Shown: positions 14,201 through 26,747, numbered from the stretch's first letter. The stretch: DNA of 64,000 nucleotides from Tubiluchus corallicola (GCA_030141605.1 JAQGDQ010000794.1:31097-95096); one strand, 5' to 3'. Made by a program: numbers and translations. Notes: generated by a model from the letters alone, not told the origin.

Positions 14201-17200
14201 TTATTTTAATGTTAGAATTAATATTTTTAACATATTTTATACATTTTGTGATTTTTTAGGCTAATTTCATCAAATCTATACATTACTGTGCAATACGTAC
14301 TACGTATGTGCAAAAATACTTTAGACGGAGTACGGCAAAAACCCGTGAAACAGCGAAAATACCGCGATAAATATTTTACATTAATAATTTCGAAAACCCG
14401 CGAAACAGCGAGCGTACATTGTAATGGGATCTGTCCGGAAAATTTCTTCTGTACACGAAGTTTCCCTTATTCAGGGAGGTTGTGTTGGCAGCAATGGTGA
14501 CACAGCTACTGCAGCCATTTCATACTGATAAGTTACAGAGCCGTTCTTGACAATTTTGGCAGTGTGCCACAACGGCTAACAAAGGTCTGCTTTTAACAGC
14601 TCTGTACAGTAAGTTGTTGATTAACGACTCCTCGTTTTAACGATGCTGAACATTTGACAACTTTTATTCATTTACCGACGCACTGTTTCATTTTACGACG
14701 ATCTTTTTTACTTTGCTGGAAAATGATTTTGATACTGTCAACAACTTTTGTACCTAATCTGATGCACAGGAACAGTACGTATTGCATTGTTCTGTTCTAG
14801 AACCACATTAACGTAAGCAGTGCAATTATTATACATATAAAAGTTTTTGCTTCCCGACTGACCACTAAATGTTTGTATTGGGAGGAAACTGTATGCAAGA
14901 AATTTTGCCTGCAGCCTGTTGCTGTAGTAACCAAACTAGGTAAAATTCCCACGATCGCCCAATGCTTGGCTTTGACTCCATTGTTTAACCATTATCTACA
15001 CTTAAATGTTAATGAAATAACCAGTTAGGTAAGTAAGATATGCAGGTTCTTTCAAGAAAGTAGAAATAGATCACCCATTCGGTTACTACCCAGGCTTGGC
15101 ACTGTTTAACTTTTTAGACAAGCACACACTTTGATGTTTTCCTGGTCCCAGTCTGAGCACTTGCTTTTATACTACTTTGTGCTATCAGCTGATTATTTTT
15201 TTCAGAGGAATCATTGCGTTGCACACTATACTACTTATAATAGGATGCTATACTGCTACGTTAACGTAAGGCCAATATGTGAACTTAGCGAACACATTCC
15301 TGGTATGTGCCAAGCTCAGATTTCAACTGTTTCTAAATATCTAGCTCACATGTGTTGTCAAAATTAGCATTGCTTTACACAACGTAGAACAATGTTACAC
15401 AATGTACACAGTTCGAATCCAACATTTGAATCATTATCCGACTGACTTTATATCTTTATATCGTAACTGGATGTATTATAACTTATATTTCATTCAACGA
15501 ATCTCAGCAACAGGCTACTTTTATTTCTTTATTTTGAAATAAATATCGACTATGTGACGTTTCAGAAACTTTAGTTTTCTAGTATAATAATGATTTCATT
15601 ACTACATCCTATATTACAATGATTTCACTCTAACATTTCAAGAACAAATGTGCAGAATTGAGCATCGTGTACCCTAGCCTGTTTTTCAAGGTCTTCCTTA
15701 AACGGCAAGAAAACGGGTACCATAAGTAGGTTTCTGACAAAGCAACTTAAAAATTATATTACTTTATAGCAATTTTATGCATATATCGTATTCGCGTTAG
15801 AAGGATTTTTTGTTTGTTTTATTTTAAAATTCCAGCAATGCTGTTTCATGTAAAGTGGGCACTTCTGTTCAGGTGACAAATCTGCCTACAGTATATGAAT
15901 AAGCTGGATCATCTAATGTAACCTATAAACAGGTAAAAAATTACGCCCAGGTGAGGCCATGCTTTGTCATTTAGTGATTAAGGAAATACAACTATAACGG
16001 ACTAGAAAGAACGCACAGTTAAATGTTAGAATTATTAATTGTGACTGTGTTTAGAAAGCTATTGCAGTTTATTTTACCAATTATTACCCATCGCGGGTCA
16101 TGGGTTGGAAAAAGGAGACATTGAAAAATTGCGGACTAATTGGGATTTGAACCCGAGGCCCGGGATTTTTACTCCCATGCTCTACCAACTAAGCTACCAG
16201 CATGACAGAGCAGGCCTGAGATTTCCTCCTTGTAGCTCAAAACCCTACAGCGCCACATGTACCAACGACAGCAGGGGAATACTTATGGCCGGCATCAACA
16301 CTTTCCCAAATTACCTGGCAACTAACGGTATCATTAATTAATTATGAATGTGGTTGATAGATTTTTCATAACGTTAGAATTAAAATAAATCGTAAATCTT
16401 GATAAAGGAGCATTGTGCGGAAATATTGTACAAGTGCCATATTTGCACTTCATGAATCATACTCTCTGTGAAAAGACAAAGCTATAAGAGATTCAAACAA
16501 AGTTGTTAAATTTTGGTTGTTTGGATGCATACACTTTCATGTTTTGTTTGATTCAGATCCAAATGAATGTGACGCTGCAAGTCCTACACACGACTGTGAC
16601 CCTCTCTTTGCAAACTGCATAAACACTGATGGAAGTTTCACCTGTGGGACAGTGTATTGATGGGACAGTTGATGTCAGTGCACCAAGTGCTACAGGAACT
16701 AAGTGCTCAGGTAAAGCTACACCTGAATGCAGCTAAGCAGTTAATTACACATAGATTACATGAATATTAGCTGATAATTAAGATTCTCTAAAAATTCCAA
16801 CATGTGGATGTGAATAAACATGATGCAAGTACTTCAATTAATGATTATGATCCTATTCTTGCCAACACCACAAACAACTGATTGCATAAGAATATTACAG
16901 TAAGATTCGCTGTGAGTTCACCAAATGCTACAGCAACTATTTGTGCAGAAAAATGCAGATAAAACGTTAACTTTAGATTATATGAGCACTAGCTTAAAAT
17001 TTACGATTTTTTGTAAATTGTATTTTTTCAGATCTGAGCGAATGCGATGTTAGCAACCCAATTCATGACTGTGATCCAATCCTTGCAAACTGCACAAATA
17101 CTAATGGAAGTTTTATATGTCAGTGTATTGATGGGACATTTGATGTGAGTGGACCAAATGCTACAGGAACTTCCTGCTCAGGTACAGCAAGCAAAACTAA

Positions 17201-20200
17201 ATGGCCGCGCTTGAAACAGCTAAAAAGGCTTAAAGGCTGATAATTTACTAAAGTTTTAGAAAATTCTTTCTTACAAATGTAAATGAATATGATACAAGTA
17301 ATCGAATTTATGACTGTGATTCTATTTTTGCCAACACCACAAACACGATGGAAGCTTTACACATAAGACTATTTGCAGAAAGATGTGCTGTGAATGTGTA
17401 ATGGAATTATTGATTTGGGTAGAGTAAATGCAATGGGGAACTACTTGCTTAGGTGACGCAAAAGCTTGTTTTACTGTTTATGGACTAGAAAACACAATTC
17501 GCGATAATGAACCACAAAAACCACATAAGTGTTAGAATTACCTGAAGGTATATGCAGACTTGAAAGGGGTCATAGTAAAACTTGATAAATGCATACTGTA
17601 TAGAAACATTGTACAGGTGTCATAATTATCCACCACGAATTAGTTCTATCTGTTGAAATACAAAGTGTTAAGAGATCAAAACAAACTCGTTCAAGCTTTG
17701 GTTGGTAAAAGAATCAAAATTCGTAGGTATGTGTCAGTTGCTGTTATACTGTGTAAGACAAAAAATGCATAGCTTTTAGCACATGTTCAATATAACAGTT
17801 TTTTTTTGTTTGACTAAGATATAAATGAATGTGATGCTGCAAGCCCTACACACGACTGTGACCTTCTCTTTGCAAACTGCATAAACACTGATGGAAGTTT
17901 CACCTGTGAATGTATTGATGGGACAGTTGACGTGAGTGCACCAAATGCTACAGGAACTCAGTGCTCAGGTAAGCTACACCTGAATGCAGTTAAGCAGTTA
18001 ATTACACATAGATTACATGAATATTAGCTGATAATTAAGATTCTCTAAAAATTCAAACATGTGGATGCGAATAAACATGATGCAAGTACTTCAATTAATG
18101 ATTATGATCCCATTCTTGCCAACACCACAAACAACTGATGGCATAAGAATATTACAGTAAGGTTCGCTGTGAGTTCACCAAATGCTACAGCAACTATTTG
18201 CGCAGAAAAATGCAGATAAAACGTTAACTTTAGATTATATGAGCACTAGCTTAAAATTTATGATTTTTTGTAAATTGTATTTTTTCAGATCTGAACGAAT
18301 GCGATGTTAGTAACCCAATTCATGACTGTGATCCAATCCTGGCAAACTGCACAAATACTAATGGAAGTTTTATTTGTCAGTGTATTGATGGGACATTTGA
18401 TGTGAGTGGACCAAATGCTACAGGAGCTTCCTGCTCAGGTACAGCAAATAAAACTAAATAGCCTCACTTGAAACAGCTAAAGAGGCTTAAAGGCTGATAA
18501 TTTGCCAAATTTTTAGAAAATTCTTTCTTACAAATGTAAATGAATATGATACAAGTAATCCAATTTATGACTGTGATTTTATTTTTGCCAACACCACAAA
18601 CACGATGGAAGCTTTACACATAAGACTATTTGCAGAAAGATGTGCTGTGAATGTGTAATGGAATTATTGATTTGGGTAGAGTAAATGCAATGGGGAACCA
18701 CTTGCTTAGGTGACGCAAAAGCTTGTTTTACTGTTTATGGACTAGAAAACACAATTCACGATAATGAACCACAAAAAACAGATAAGTGTTAGAATTACCT
18801 GAAGCTATATGCAGACTTGAAAGTGATCATAGTAAAACTTGATAAATGCATACTGTACAGAAATATTGTACATGTGTCATAATTATGCACCACGAACTAG
18901 TTTTATCTGTAGAAATACAAAGTGTTAAGAGATCAAAACAAACTTGTTCAAGCTTTGGTTGATAAAAGAATCAAAATTCGTAGGTATGTGTCAGTTGCTG
19001 TTATACTGTGTAAGACAAAAAATGCATAGCTTATAGCATATGTTCAAGATAACAGTTCTGTTTTGTTTGACTAAGATATAAATGAATGTGATGCTGCAAG
19101 TCCTACACACGACTGTGACCCTCTCTTTGCAAACTGCATGAATACTGATGGAAGTTTCACCTGTGAGTGTATTGATGGGACAGTTGACGTGAGTGCACCA
19201 AATGCTACAGGAACTCAGTGCTCAGGTAAGCTACACCTGAATGCAGTTAAGCAGTTAATTACATATAGATTACATGAATATTAGTTGATAATTAAGATTC
19301 TCTAAAAATTCAAACATGTGGATGCGAATAAACATGATGCAAGTACTTCAATTAATGATTATGATCCCATTCTTGCCAACACCACAAACAACAGATGGCA
19401 TAAGAATATTACAGTAAGGTTCGCTGTGAGTTCACCAAATGCTACAGCAACTATTTGTGCAGAAAAATGCAGATAAAACGTTAACTTTAGATTATATGAG
19501 CCCTAGCTTAAAATTTACGATTTTTTGTAAATTGTATTTTTTCAGATCTGAACGAATGCGATGTTAGTAACCCAATTCATGACTGTGATCCAATCCTGGC
19601 AAACTGCACAAATACTAATGGAAGTTTTATTTGTCAGTGTATTGATGGGACATTTGATGTGAGTGGACCAAATGCTACAGGAACTTCCTGCTCAGGTACA
19701 GCAAGCAAAACTAAATGGCCGCGCTTGAAACAGCTAAAAAGGCTTAAAGGCTGATAATTTACTAAAGTTTTAGAAAATTCTTTCTTGCAAATGTAAATGA
19801 ATATGATACAAGTAATCGAATTTATGACTGTGATTCTATTTTTGCCAACACCACAAACACGATGGAAGCTTTACACATAAGACTATTTGCAGAAAGATGT
19901 GCTGTGAATGTGTAATGGAATAATTGATTTGGGTAGAGTAAATGCAATGGGGAACTACTTGCTTAGGAGACGCAAAAGCCTGTTTTAGTGTTTATGGATT
20001 AGAAAACACAATTTATGATAATGAACCACAAAAAACAGATAAGTGTCAGAATAACCTGAAGCTATACGCAGACATGAAAGTGATCATAGTAAAACTTGAA
20101 AAATGCATACTGTACAGAAATATTGTACAGGTGTCATAATTATGCACCACGAACTAGTTTTATCTGTAGAAATACAAAGTGTTAAGAGATCAAAACAAAC

Positions 20201-23200
20201 TTGTTCAAGCTTTGGTTGATAAAAGAATCAAAATTCGTAGGTATGTGTCAGTTGCTGTAATACTTTGTGTAACAAAAACAATGCATAGCTTTTAGCATAT
20301 GTTCAATATAACAGTTCTGTTTTGTTTGACTAAGATATAAATGAATGTGATGCTGCAAGCCCTACACACGACTGTGACCCTCTCTTTGCAAACTGCACAA
20401 ACACTGATGGAAGTTTCACCTGTGAGTGTATTGATGGGACAGTTGCTGTGAGTGCACCAAATGCTACAGGAACTAAGTGCTCAGGTAAAGCTATACCTGA
20501 ATGCAGCTAAGCTGTTAATTACACATAGATTACATGAATATTAGCTGATAATTAAGATTCTCTAAAAATTCAAACATGTGGATGCGAATAAACATGATGC
20601 AAGTACTTCAATTAATGATTATGATCCCATTCTTGCCAACACCACAAACAACTGATGGCATAAGAATATTACAGTAAGGTTCGCTGTGAGTTCACCAAAT
20701 GTTACAGCAACTATTTGCGCAGAAAAATGCAGATAAAACGTTAACTTTAGATTATATGAGCACTAGCTTAAAATTTATGATTTTTTGTAAATTGTATTTT
20801 TTCAGATCTGAACGAATGCGATGTTAGTAACCCAGTTCATGACTGTGATCCAATCCTTGCAAACTGCACAAATACTAATGGAAGTTTTCTATGTCAGTGT
20901 ATTGATGGGACATTTGATGTGAGTGGACCAAATGCTACAGGAACTTCCTGCTCAGGTACAACAAATAAAACTAAATAGCCTCGCTTGAAACAGCTAAAGA
21001 GGCTTAAAGGCTGATAACTTACTAAATTTTTAGAAAATTCTTTCTTACAAATGTAAATGAATATGATACAAGTAATCCAATTTATGACTGTGATTTTATT
21101 TTTGCCAACACCACAAACACGATGGAAGCTTTACACATAAGACTATTTGCAGAAAGATGTGCTGTGAATGTGTAATGGAATTATTGATTTGGGTAGAGTA
21201 AATGCAATGGGGAACTACTTCTTAGGTGACGCAAAAGCCTGTTTTAGTGTTTATGGACTAGAAAACACAATTTATGATAATGAACCACAAAAAACAGATA
21301 AGTGTCAGAATAACCTGAAGCTATACCCAGACATGAAAGTGATCATAGTGAAACTTGATAAATGCATACTGTACAGAAATATTGTACAGGTGTCATAATT
21401 ATGCACCACGAACTAGTTTTATCTGTAGAAATACAAAGTGTTAAGAGATCAAAACAAACTTGTTCAAGCTTTGGTTGATAAAAGAATCAAAATTCGTAGG
21501 TATGTGTCAGTTGCTGTGATACTTTGTGTAACAAAAAAAATGCATAGCTTTTAGCATATGTTCAAGATAACAGTTCTGTTTTGTTTGACTAAGATATAAA
21601 TGAATGTGATGCTGCAAGTCCTACACACGACTGTGACCCTCTCTTTGCAAACTGCATGAATACTGATGGAAGTTTCACCTGTGAGTGTATTGATGGGACA
21701 GTTGACGTGAGTGCACCAAATGCTACAGGAACTCAGTGCTCAGGTAAGCTACACCTGAATGCAGTTAAGCAGTTAATTACATATAGATTACATGAATATT
21801 AGTTGATAATTAAGATTCTCTAAAAATTCAAACATGTGGATGCGAATAAACATGATGCAAGTACTTCAATTAATGATTATGATCCCATTCTTGCCAACAC
21901 CACAAACAACAGATGGCATAAGAATATTACAGTAAGGTTCGCTGTGAGTTCACCAAATGCTACAGCAACTATTTGTGCAGAAAAATGCAGATAAAACGTT
22001 AACTTTAGATTATATGAGCCCTAGCTTAAAATTTACGATTTTTTGTAAATTGTATTTTTTCAGATCTGAACGAATGCGATGTTAGTAAGCCAGTTCATGA
22101 CTGTGATCCAATCCTTGCAAACTGCACAAATACTAATGGAAGTTTTATATGTCAGGGTATTGATGGGACATTTGATGTGAGTGGACCAAATGCTACAGGA
22201 ACTTCCTGCTCAGGTACAGCAAGCAAAACTAAATGGCCGCGCTTGAAACAGCTAAAAAGGCTTAAAGGCTGATAATTTACTAAAGTTTTAGAAAATTCTT
22301 TCTTGCAAATGTAAATGAATATGATACAAGTAATCGAATTTATGACTGTGATTCTATTTTTGCCAACACCACAAACACGATGGAAGCTTTACACATAAGA
22401 CTATTTGCAGAAAGATGTGCTGTGAATGTGTAATGGAATTATTGATTTGGGTAGAGTAAATGCAATGGGGAACTAGTTGCTTAGGTGACGCAAAAGCTTG
22501 TTTTACTGTTTATGGACTAGAAAACACAATTCGCGATAATGAACCCCAAAAAACAGATAAGTGTCAGAATAACCTGAAGCTATACGCAGACATGAAAGTG
22601 ATCATAGTAAAACTTGATAAATGCATACTGTACAGAAATATTGTACAGGTGTCATAATTATGCACCACGAACTAGTTTTATCTGTAGAAATACAAAGTGT
22701 TAAGAGATCAAAACAAACTTGTTCAAGCTTTGGTTGATAAAAGAATCAAAATTCGTAGGTATGTGTCAGTTGCTGTAATACTTTGTGTAACAAAAAAATG
22801 CATAGCTTTTAGCATATGTTCAATATAACAGTTCTGTTTTGCTTGACTAAGATATAAATGAATGTGATGCTGCAAGCCCTACACACGACTGTGACCCTCT
22901 CTTTGCAAACTGCATGAACACTGATGGAAGTTTCACCTGTGAGTGTATTGATGGGACAGTTGACGTGAGTGCACCAAATGCTACAGGAACTCAGTGCTCA
23001 GGTAAGCTACACCTGAATGCAGTTAAGCAGTTAATTACACATAGATTACATGAATATTAGCTGATAATTAAGATTCTCTAAAAATTCAAACATGTGGATG
23101 TGAATAAACATGATGCAAGTACTTCAATTAATGATTATGATCCCATTCTTACCAACACCACAAACAACTGATGGCATAAGAATATTACAGTAAGGTTCGC

Positions 23201-26200
23201 TGTGAGTTCACCAAATGCTACAGCAACTATTTGCTCAGAAAAATGCAGATAAAACGTTAACTTTAGATTATATGAGCACTAGCTTAAAATTTATGATTTT
23301 TTGTAAATTGTATTTTTTCAGATCTGAACGAATGCGATGTTAGTAACCCAGTTCATGACTGTGATCCAATCCTTGCAAACTGCACAAATACTAATGGAAG
23401 TTTTATATGTCAGGGTATTGATGGGACATTTGATGTGAGTGGACCAAATGCTACAGGAACTTCCTGCTCAGGTACAGCAAGCAAAACTAAATAGCCGCGC
23501 TTGAAACAGCTAAAAAGGCTTAAAGGCTGATAATTTACTAAAGTTTTAGAAAATTCTTTCTTGCAAATGTAAATGAATATGATACAAGTAATCGAATTTA
23601 TGACTGTGATTCTATTTTTGCCAACACCACAAACACGATGGAAGCTTTACACATAAGACTATTTGCAGAAAGATGTGCTGTGAATGTGTAATGGAATTAT
23701 TGATTTGGGTAGAGTAAATGCAATGGGGAACTACTTGCTTAGGAGACGCAAAAGCCTGTTTTAGTGTTTATGGATTAGAAAACACAATTTATGATAATGA
23801 ACCACAAAAAACAGATAAGTGTCAGAATAACCTGAAGCTATACGCAGACATGAAAGTGATCATAGTAAAACTTGATAAATGCATACTGTACAGAAATATT
23901 GTACAGGTGTCATAATTATGCACCACGAACTAGTTTTATCTGTAGAAATACAAAGTGTTAAGAGATCAAAACAAACTTGTTCAAGCTTTGGTTGATAAAA
24001 GAATCAAAATTCGTAGGTATGTGTCAGTTGCTGTAATACTTTGTGTAACAAAAAAATGCATAGCTTTTAGCATATGTTCAATATAACAGTTCTGTTTTGC
24101 TTGACTAAGATATAAATGAATGTGATGCTGCAAGCCCTACACACGACTGTGACCCTCTCTTTGCAAACTGCACAAACACTGATGGAAGTTTCACCTGTGA
24201 GTGTATTGATGGGACAGTTGCTGTGAGTGCACCAAATGCTACAGGAACTAAGTGCTCAGGTAAAGCTATACCTGAATGCAGCTAAGCTGTTAATTACACA
24301 TAGATTACATGAATATTAGCTGATAATTAAGATTCTCTAAAAATTCCAACATGTGGACGTGGATAAACATGATGCAAGTACTTCAATTAATGATTACAAT
24401 CCTATTCTTGCCAACACCACAAACAACTGATGGCATAAGAATATTACAGTAAGATTCGCTGTGAGTTCACCAAATGCTACAGCAACTATTTGCTCAGAAA
24501 AATGCAGATAAAAACATTAACTTTAGATTATATGAGTACTAGCTTAAAATTTACGATTTTTTGTAAATTGTATTTTTTCAGATCTGAACGAATGCGATGT
24601 TAGTAACCCAGTTCATGACTGTGATCCAATCCTTGCAGACTGCACAAATACTAATGGAAGTTTTATATGTCAGTGTATTGATGGGACATTTGATGTGAGT
24701 GGACCAAATGCTACAGGAACTTCCTGCCCAGGTACAGCAAATAAAACTAAATAGCCTCGCTTGAAACAGCTAAAGAGGCTCAAAGGCTGATAATTTACTA
24801 ATTTTTAGAAAATTCTTTCTTGCAAATATAAATGAATATGATTGCCAACACCACAACCACTGATGGAAGCTTTACACATAAGACTATTTGAAGAAAGATG
24901 TGCTGTGAATGTGTAATGGAATCATTGATTTGGGTAGAGTAAATGCAATGGGGAACTACTTGCTTAGGTGACGCAAAAGCTTGTTTTACTGTCTATGGAC
25001 TAGAAAACACAATTCACGATAATGAACCACAAAAACAGATAAATGTTAGAATTACCTGAAGCTATACGCAGACTTGAAAGGGGTCATAGTAAAACTTGAT
25101 AAATGAATACTATACAGAAATATTGTACAGGTGTCATAATTATGCACCACGAATTAGTTCTATCTGTTAAAAAACAAAGTGCTAAGAGATCAAAATAAAA
25201 CTCGTGCAAGCTTTGGTTGGTAAAAGAATCATAATTCGTTGGTATGTGTCAGTTGGTGTGATACTTTGTGTAAATACAAAAAAATGCATCGCTTATAGCA
25301 CATGTTCAAGATAACAGTTCTGTTTTGTTTTACTAAGATATAAATGAATGTGATGCTGCAAGCCCTACACACGACTGTGACCCTCTCTTTGCAAACTGCA
25401 CAAACACTGATGGAAGTTTCACCTGTGAGTGTATTGATGGGACAGTTGCTGTGAGTGCACCAAATGCTACAGAAACCAAGTTCTCAGGTAAAGCTATACC
25501 TGAATGCAGCTAAGCTGTTAATTACACATAGATTACATGAATATTAGCTGATAATTAAGATTCTCTAAAAATTCCAACATGTGGACGTGGATAAACATGA
25601 TGCAAGTACTTCAATTAATGATTCCAATCCTATTCTTGCCAACACCACAAACAACTGATGGCATAAGAATATTACAGTAAGATTCGCTGTGAGTTCACCA
25701 AATGCTACAGCAACTATTTGCTCAGAAAAATGCAGAAAAAACATTAACTTTAAATTATATGAGTACTAGCTTAAAATTTACGATTTTTTGTAAATTGTAT
25801 TTTTTCAGATCTGAACGAATGCGATGTTAGTAACCCAATTCATGACTGTGATCCAATCCTTGCAAACTGCACAAATACTAATGGAAGTTTTATATGTCGG
25901 TGTATTGATGGGACATTAGATGTGAGTGGACCAAATGCTACAGGAACTTCCTGCTCAGGTACAGCAAATAAAACTAAATAGCCTCACTTGAAACAGCTAA
26001 AGAGGCTTAAAGGCTGATAATTTGCCAAATTTTTAGAAAATTCTTTCTTACAAATGTAAATGAATATGATACAAGTAATCCAATTTATGACTGTGATTTT
26101 ATTTTTGCCAACACCACAAACACGATGGAAGCTTTACACATAAGACTATTTGCAGAAAGATGTGCTGTGAATGTGTAATGGAATTATTGATTTGGGTAGA

Positions 26201-26747
26201 GTAAATGCAATGGGGAACTACTTGCTTGGGTGACGCAAAAGCTTGTTTTACTGTTTATAGACTAGAAAACACAATTCATGATAATGAACCACAAAAAAAC
26301 AGATAAGTGTTAGAATTACCTGAAGCTATACGCAGACTTGAAAGGGGTCATAGTAAAACTTGATAAATGCATACTGTATAGAAACATTGTACATGTGTCA
26401 TAATTATGCACCATGAACTAGTTTTATCTGTTGAAATACAAAGTGTTAAGAGATCAAAACAAACTTGTTCAAGCTTTGGTTGGTAAAAGAATCAAAATTC
26501 GTAGGTATGTGTCAGTTGCTGTGATACTTTGTGTAACAAAAAAATGCATAGCTTTTAGCACATGTTCAATATAACAGTTCTGTTTTGTTTGACTAAGATA
26601 TAAATGAATGTGATGCTACAAGCCCTACACACGACTGTGACCCTCTCTTTGCAAACTGCATAAACACAGATGGAAGTTTCACATGTGAGTGTATTGATGG
26701 GACAGTTGATGTGAGTGCAACAAATGCTACAGGAACTGAGTGCTCAG
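5122..26747 (+). CDS. Multi-exon C-type lectin domain (x3) + Ca-binding EGF repeat (x17) extracellular protein; partial, and possibly a pseudogenized allele
   Basis: AG/GT-bounded exons at 5122-5296, 6743-6894, 8223-8393 (CTLD1, phase-compatible), 9474-9708, ~10210-10272 (uncertain), 11153-11269 (CTLD2), 12065-12275, 12656-12842 (CTLD3), then EGF exons 16557-26747. The start exon, linker exons at 13-16 kb and the terminal exon are unresolved. Confidence 0.85.
6743..6894 (+). CDS. CTLD1 exon b (VIKNHMWWLAITYDE...HWDDG...WTESWEP)
   Basis: TTTACAG acceptor, phase 2 matching the previous exon, GTACGT donor; WL/W.DG/W...EP motifs. Not in the ORF track. Confidence 0.85.
8223..8393 (+). CDS. CTLD1 exon c (DIMDEFCIVAELSYNYQWRKNVC...VVCEYD)
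   Basis: TTTTTCAG acceptor, phase 1/1; C-V...W...C...VCE completes the CTLD. Confidence 0.85.
9474..9708 (+). CDS. CTLD2 exon a (GDGNQCPSGWTDYS...SCLKV...AEWSC...ASLAKVDSEEKL)
   Basis: TTTAG acceptor, GTATGT donor, open frame with CPSGW and SLA.VDS.E motifs. Confidence 0.85.
10318..10939 (-). mobile_element. Kolobok-like MITE, copy 2 (intronic)
   Basis: Reverse-complement homologue of 61035-61608 and 63045-63618 (same spurious 'KTCLVLVQHTEYLTVAL' ORF); TTAA|AG...CT|TTGA ends. Confidence 0.75.
11153..11269 (+). CDS. CTLD2 last exon (...DTFVLENRNTDASIEYAVCELPLPQT)
   Basis: TTTGTAG acceptor (tandem alternative CAG at 11155), GTGAGA donor, phase 1/1, 'AVCE' CTLD C-terminus. Confidence 0.7.
11262..11792 (+). 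repeat. 43-bp minisatellite (~12 copies) starting at the exon/intron junction
   Basis: Unit CAGGTGAGACACTATTCACTTTGTAAGGCACCACTGTTGCAGG. Confidence 0.95.
11903..11977 (+). repeat. (GAGT)n microsatellite
   Basis: Read directly. Confidence 0.95.
12065..12275 (+). CDS. CTLD3 exon a (KYNCTSGMHNGRSKCL...TYLEAYMVC...LLEV)
   Basis: TTTCAG acceptor, GTAAGT donor, phase 1/2. Confidence 0.8.
12286..12565 (+). repeat. 30-bp minisatellite (~9 copies), intronic
   Basis: Unit TTTCATCTAAGCTATGAATTCTGACTTTCA. Confidence 0.95.
12656..12842 (+). CDS. CTLD3 exon b (NYGNVWLSPRS...PDGRTV...W...)
   Basis: TTACAG acceptor, phase 2 matching the previous exon, open frame with VWL and PDG motifs. Confidence 0.7.
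13180..13337 (+). repeat. (ATAGGC/ATAGAC)n hexanucleotide microsatellite
   Basis: Read directly. Confidence 0.95.
16131..16203 (-). mobile_element. tRNA-derived (SINE-head-like) sequence, not a functional tRNA
   Basis: Minus strand carries A box TAGCTTAGTTGGTAGAGC and B box GGTTCAAATCC; the acceptor stem does not pair properly. Confidence 0.6.
16557..26747 (+). repeat. ~1258-bp exon+intron tandem array (8.5 units) encoding 17 Ca-binding EGF exons of 150 nt (phase 1/1)
   Basis: Type A exons (DINECDAASPTHDCDPLFANCxNTDGSFTCECIDG...TxCS) start at 16557, 17819, 19076, 20335, 21594, 22852, 24110, 25338 and 26598. Type B exons (DLNECDVSNPxHDCDPILANCTNTNGSFxCQCIDG...TSCS) start at 17032, 18289, 19546, 20806, 22064, 23322, 24582 and 25809. 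Both fit the D-x-N-E-C and C-x-N-x4-F-x-C consensus. Confidence 0.95.

Noticed and set aside
16131-16203. Functional tRNA gene
   Set aside because: A and B boxes are present but the acceptor stem does not pair; SINE-like relic.
19942-23915. Repeated 65-76 aa ORFs (MQWGTTCLGDAK...)
   Set aside because: Intronic parts of the 1258-bp unit; stops occur in other copies and the N-terminus is the tail of a ghost EGF exon.
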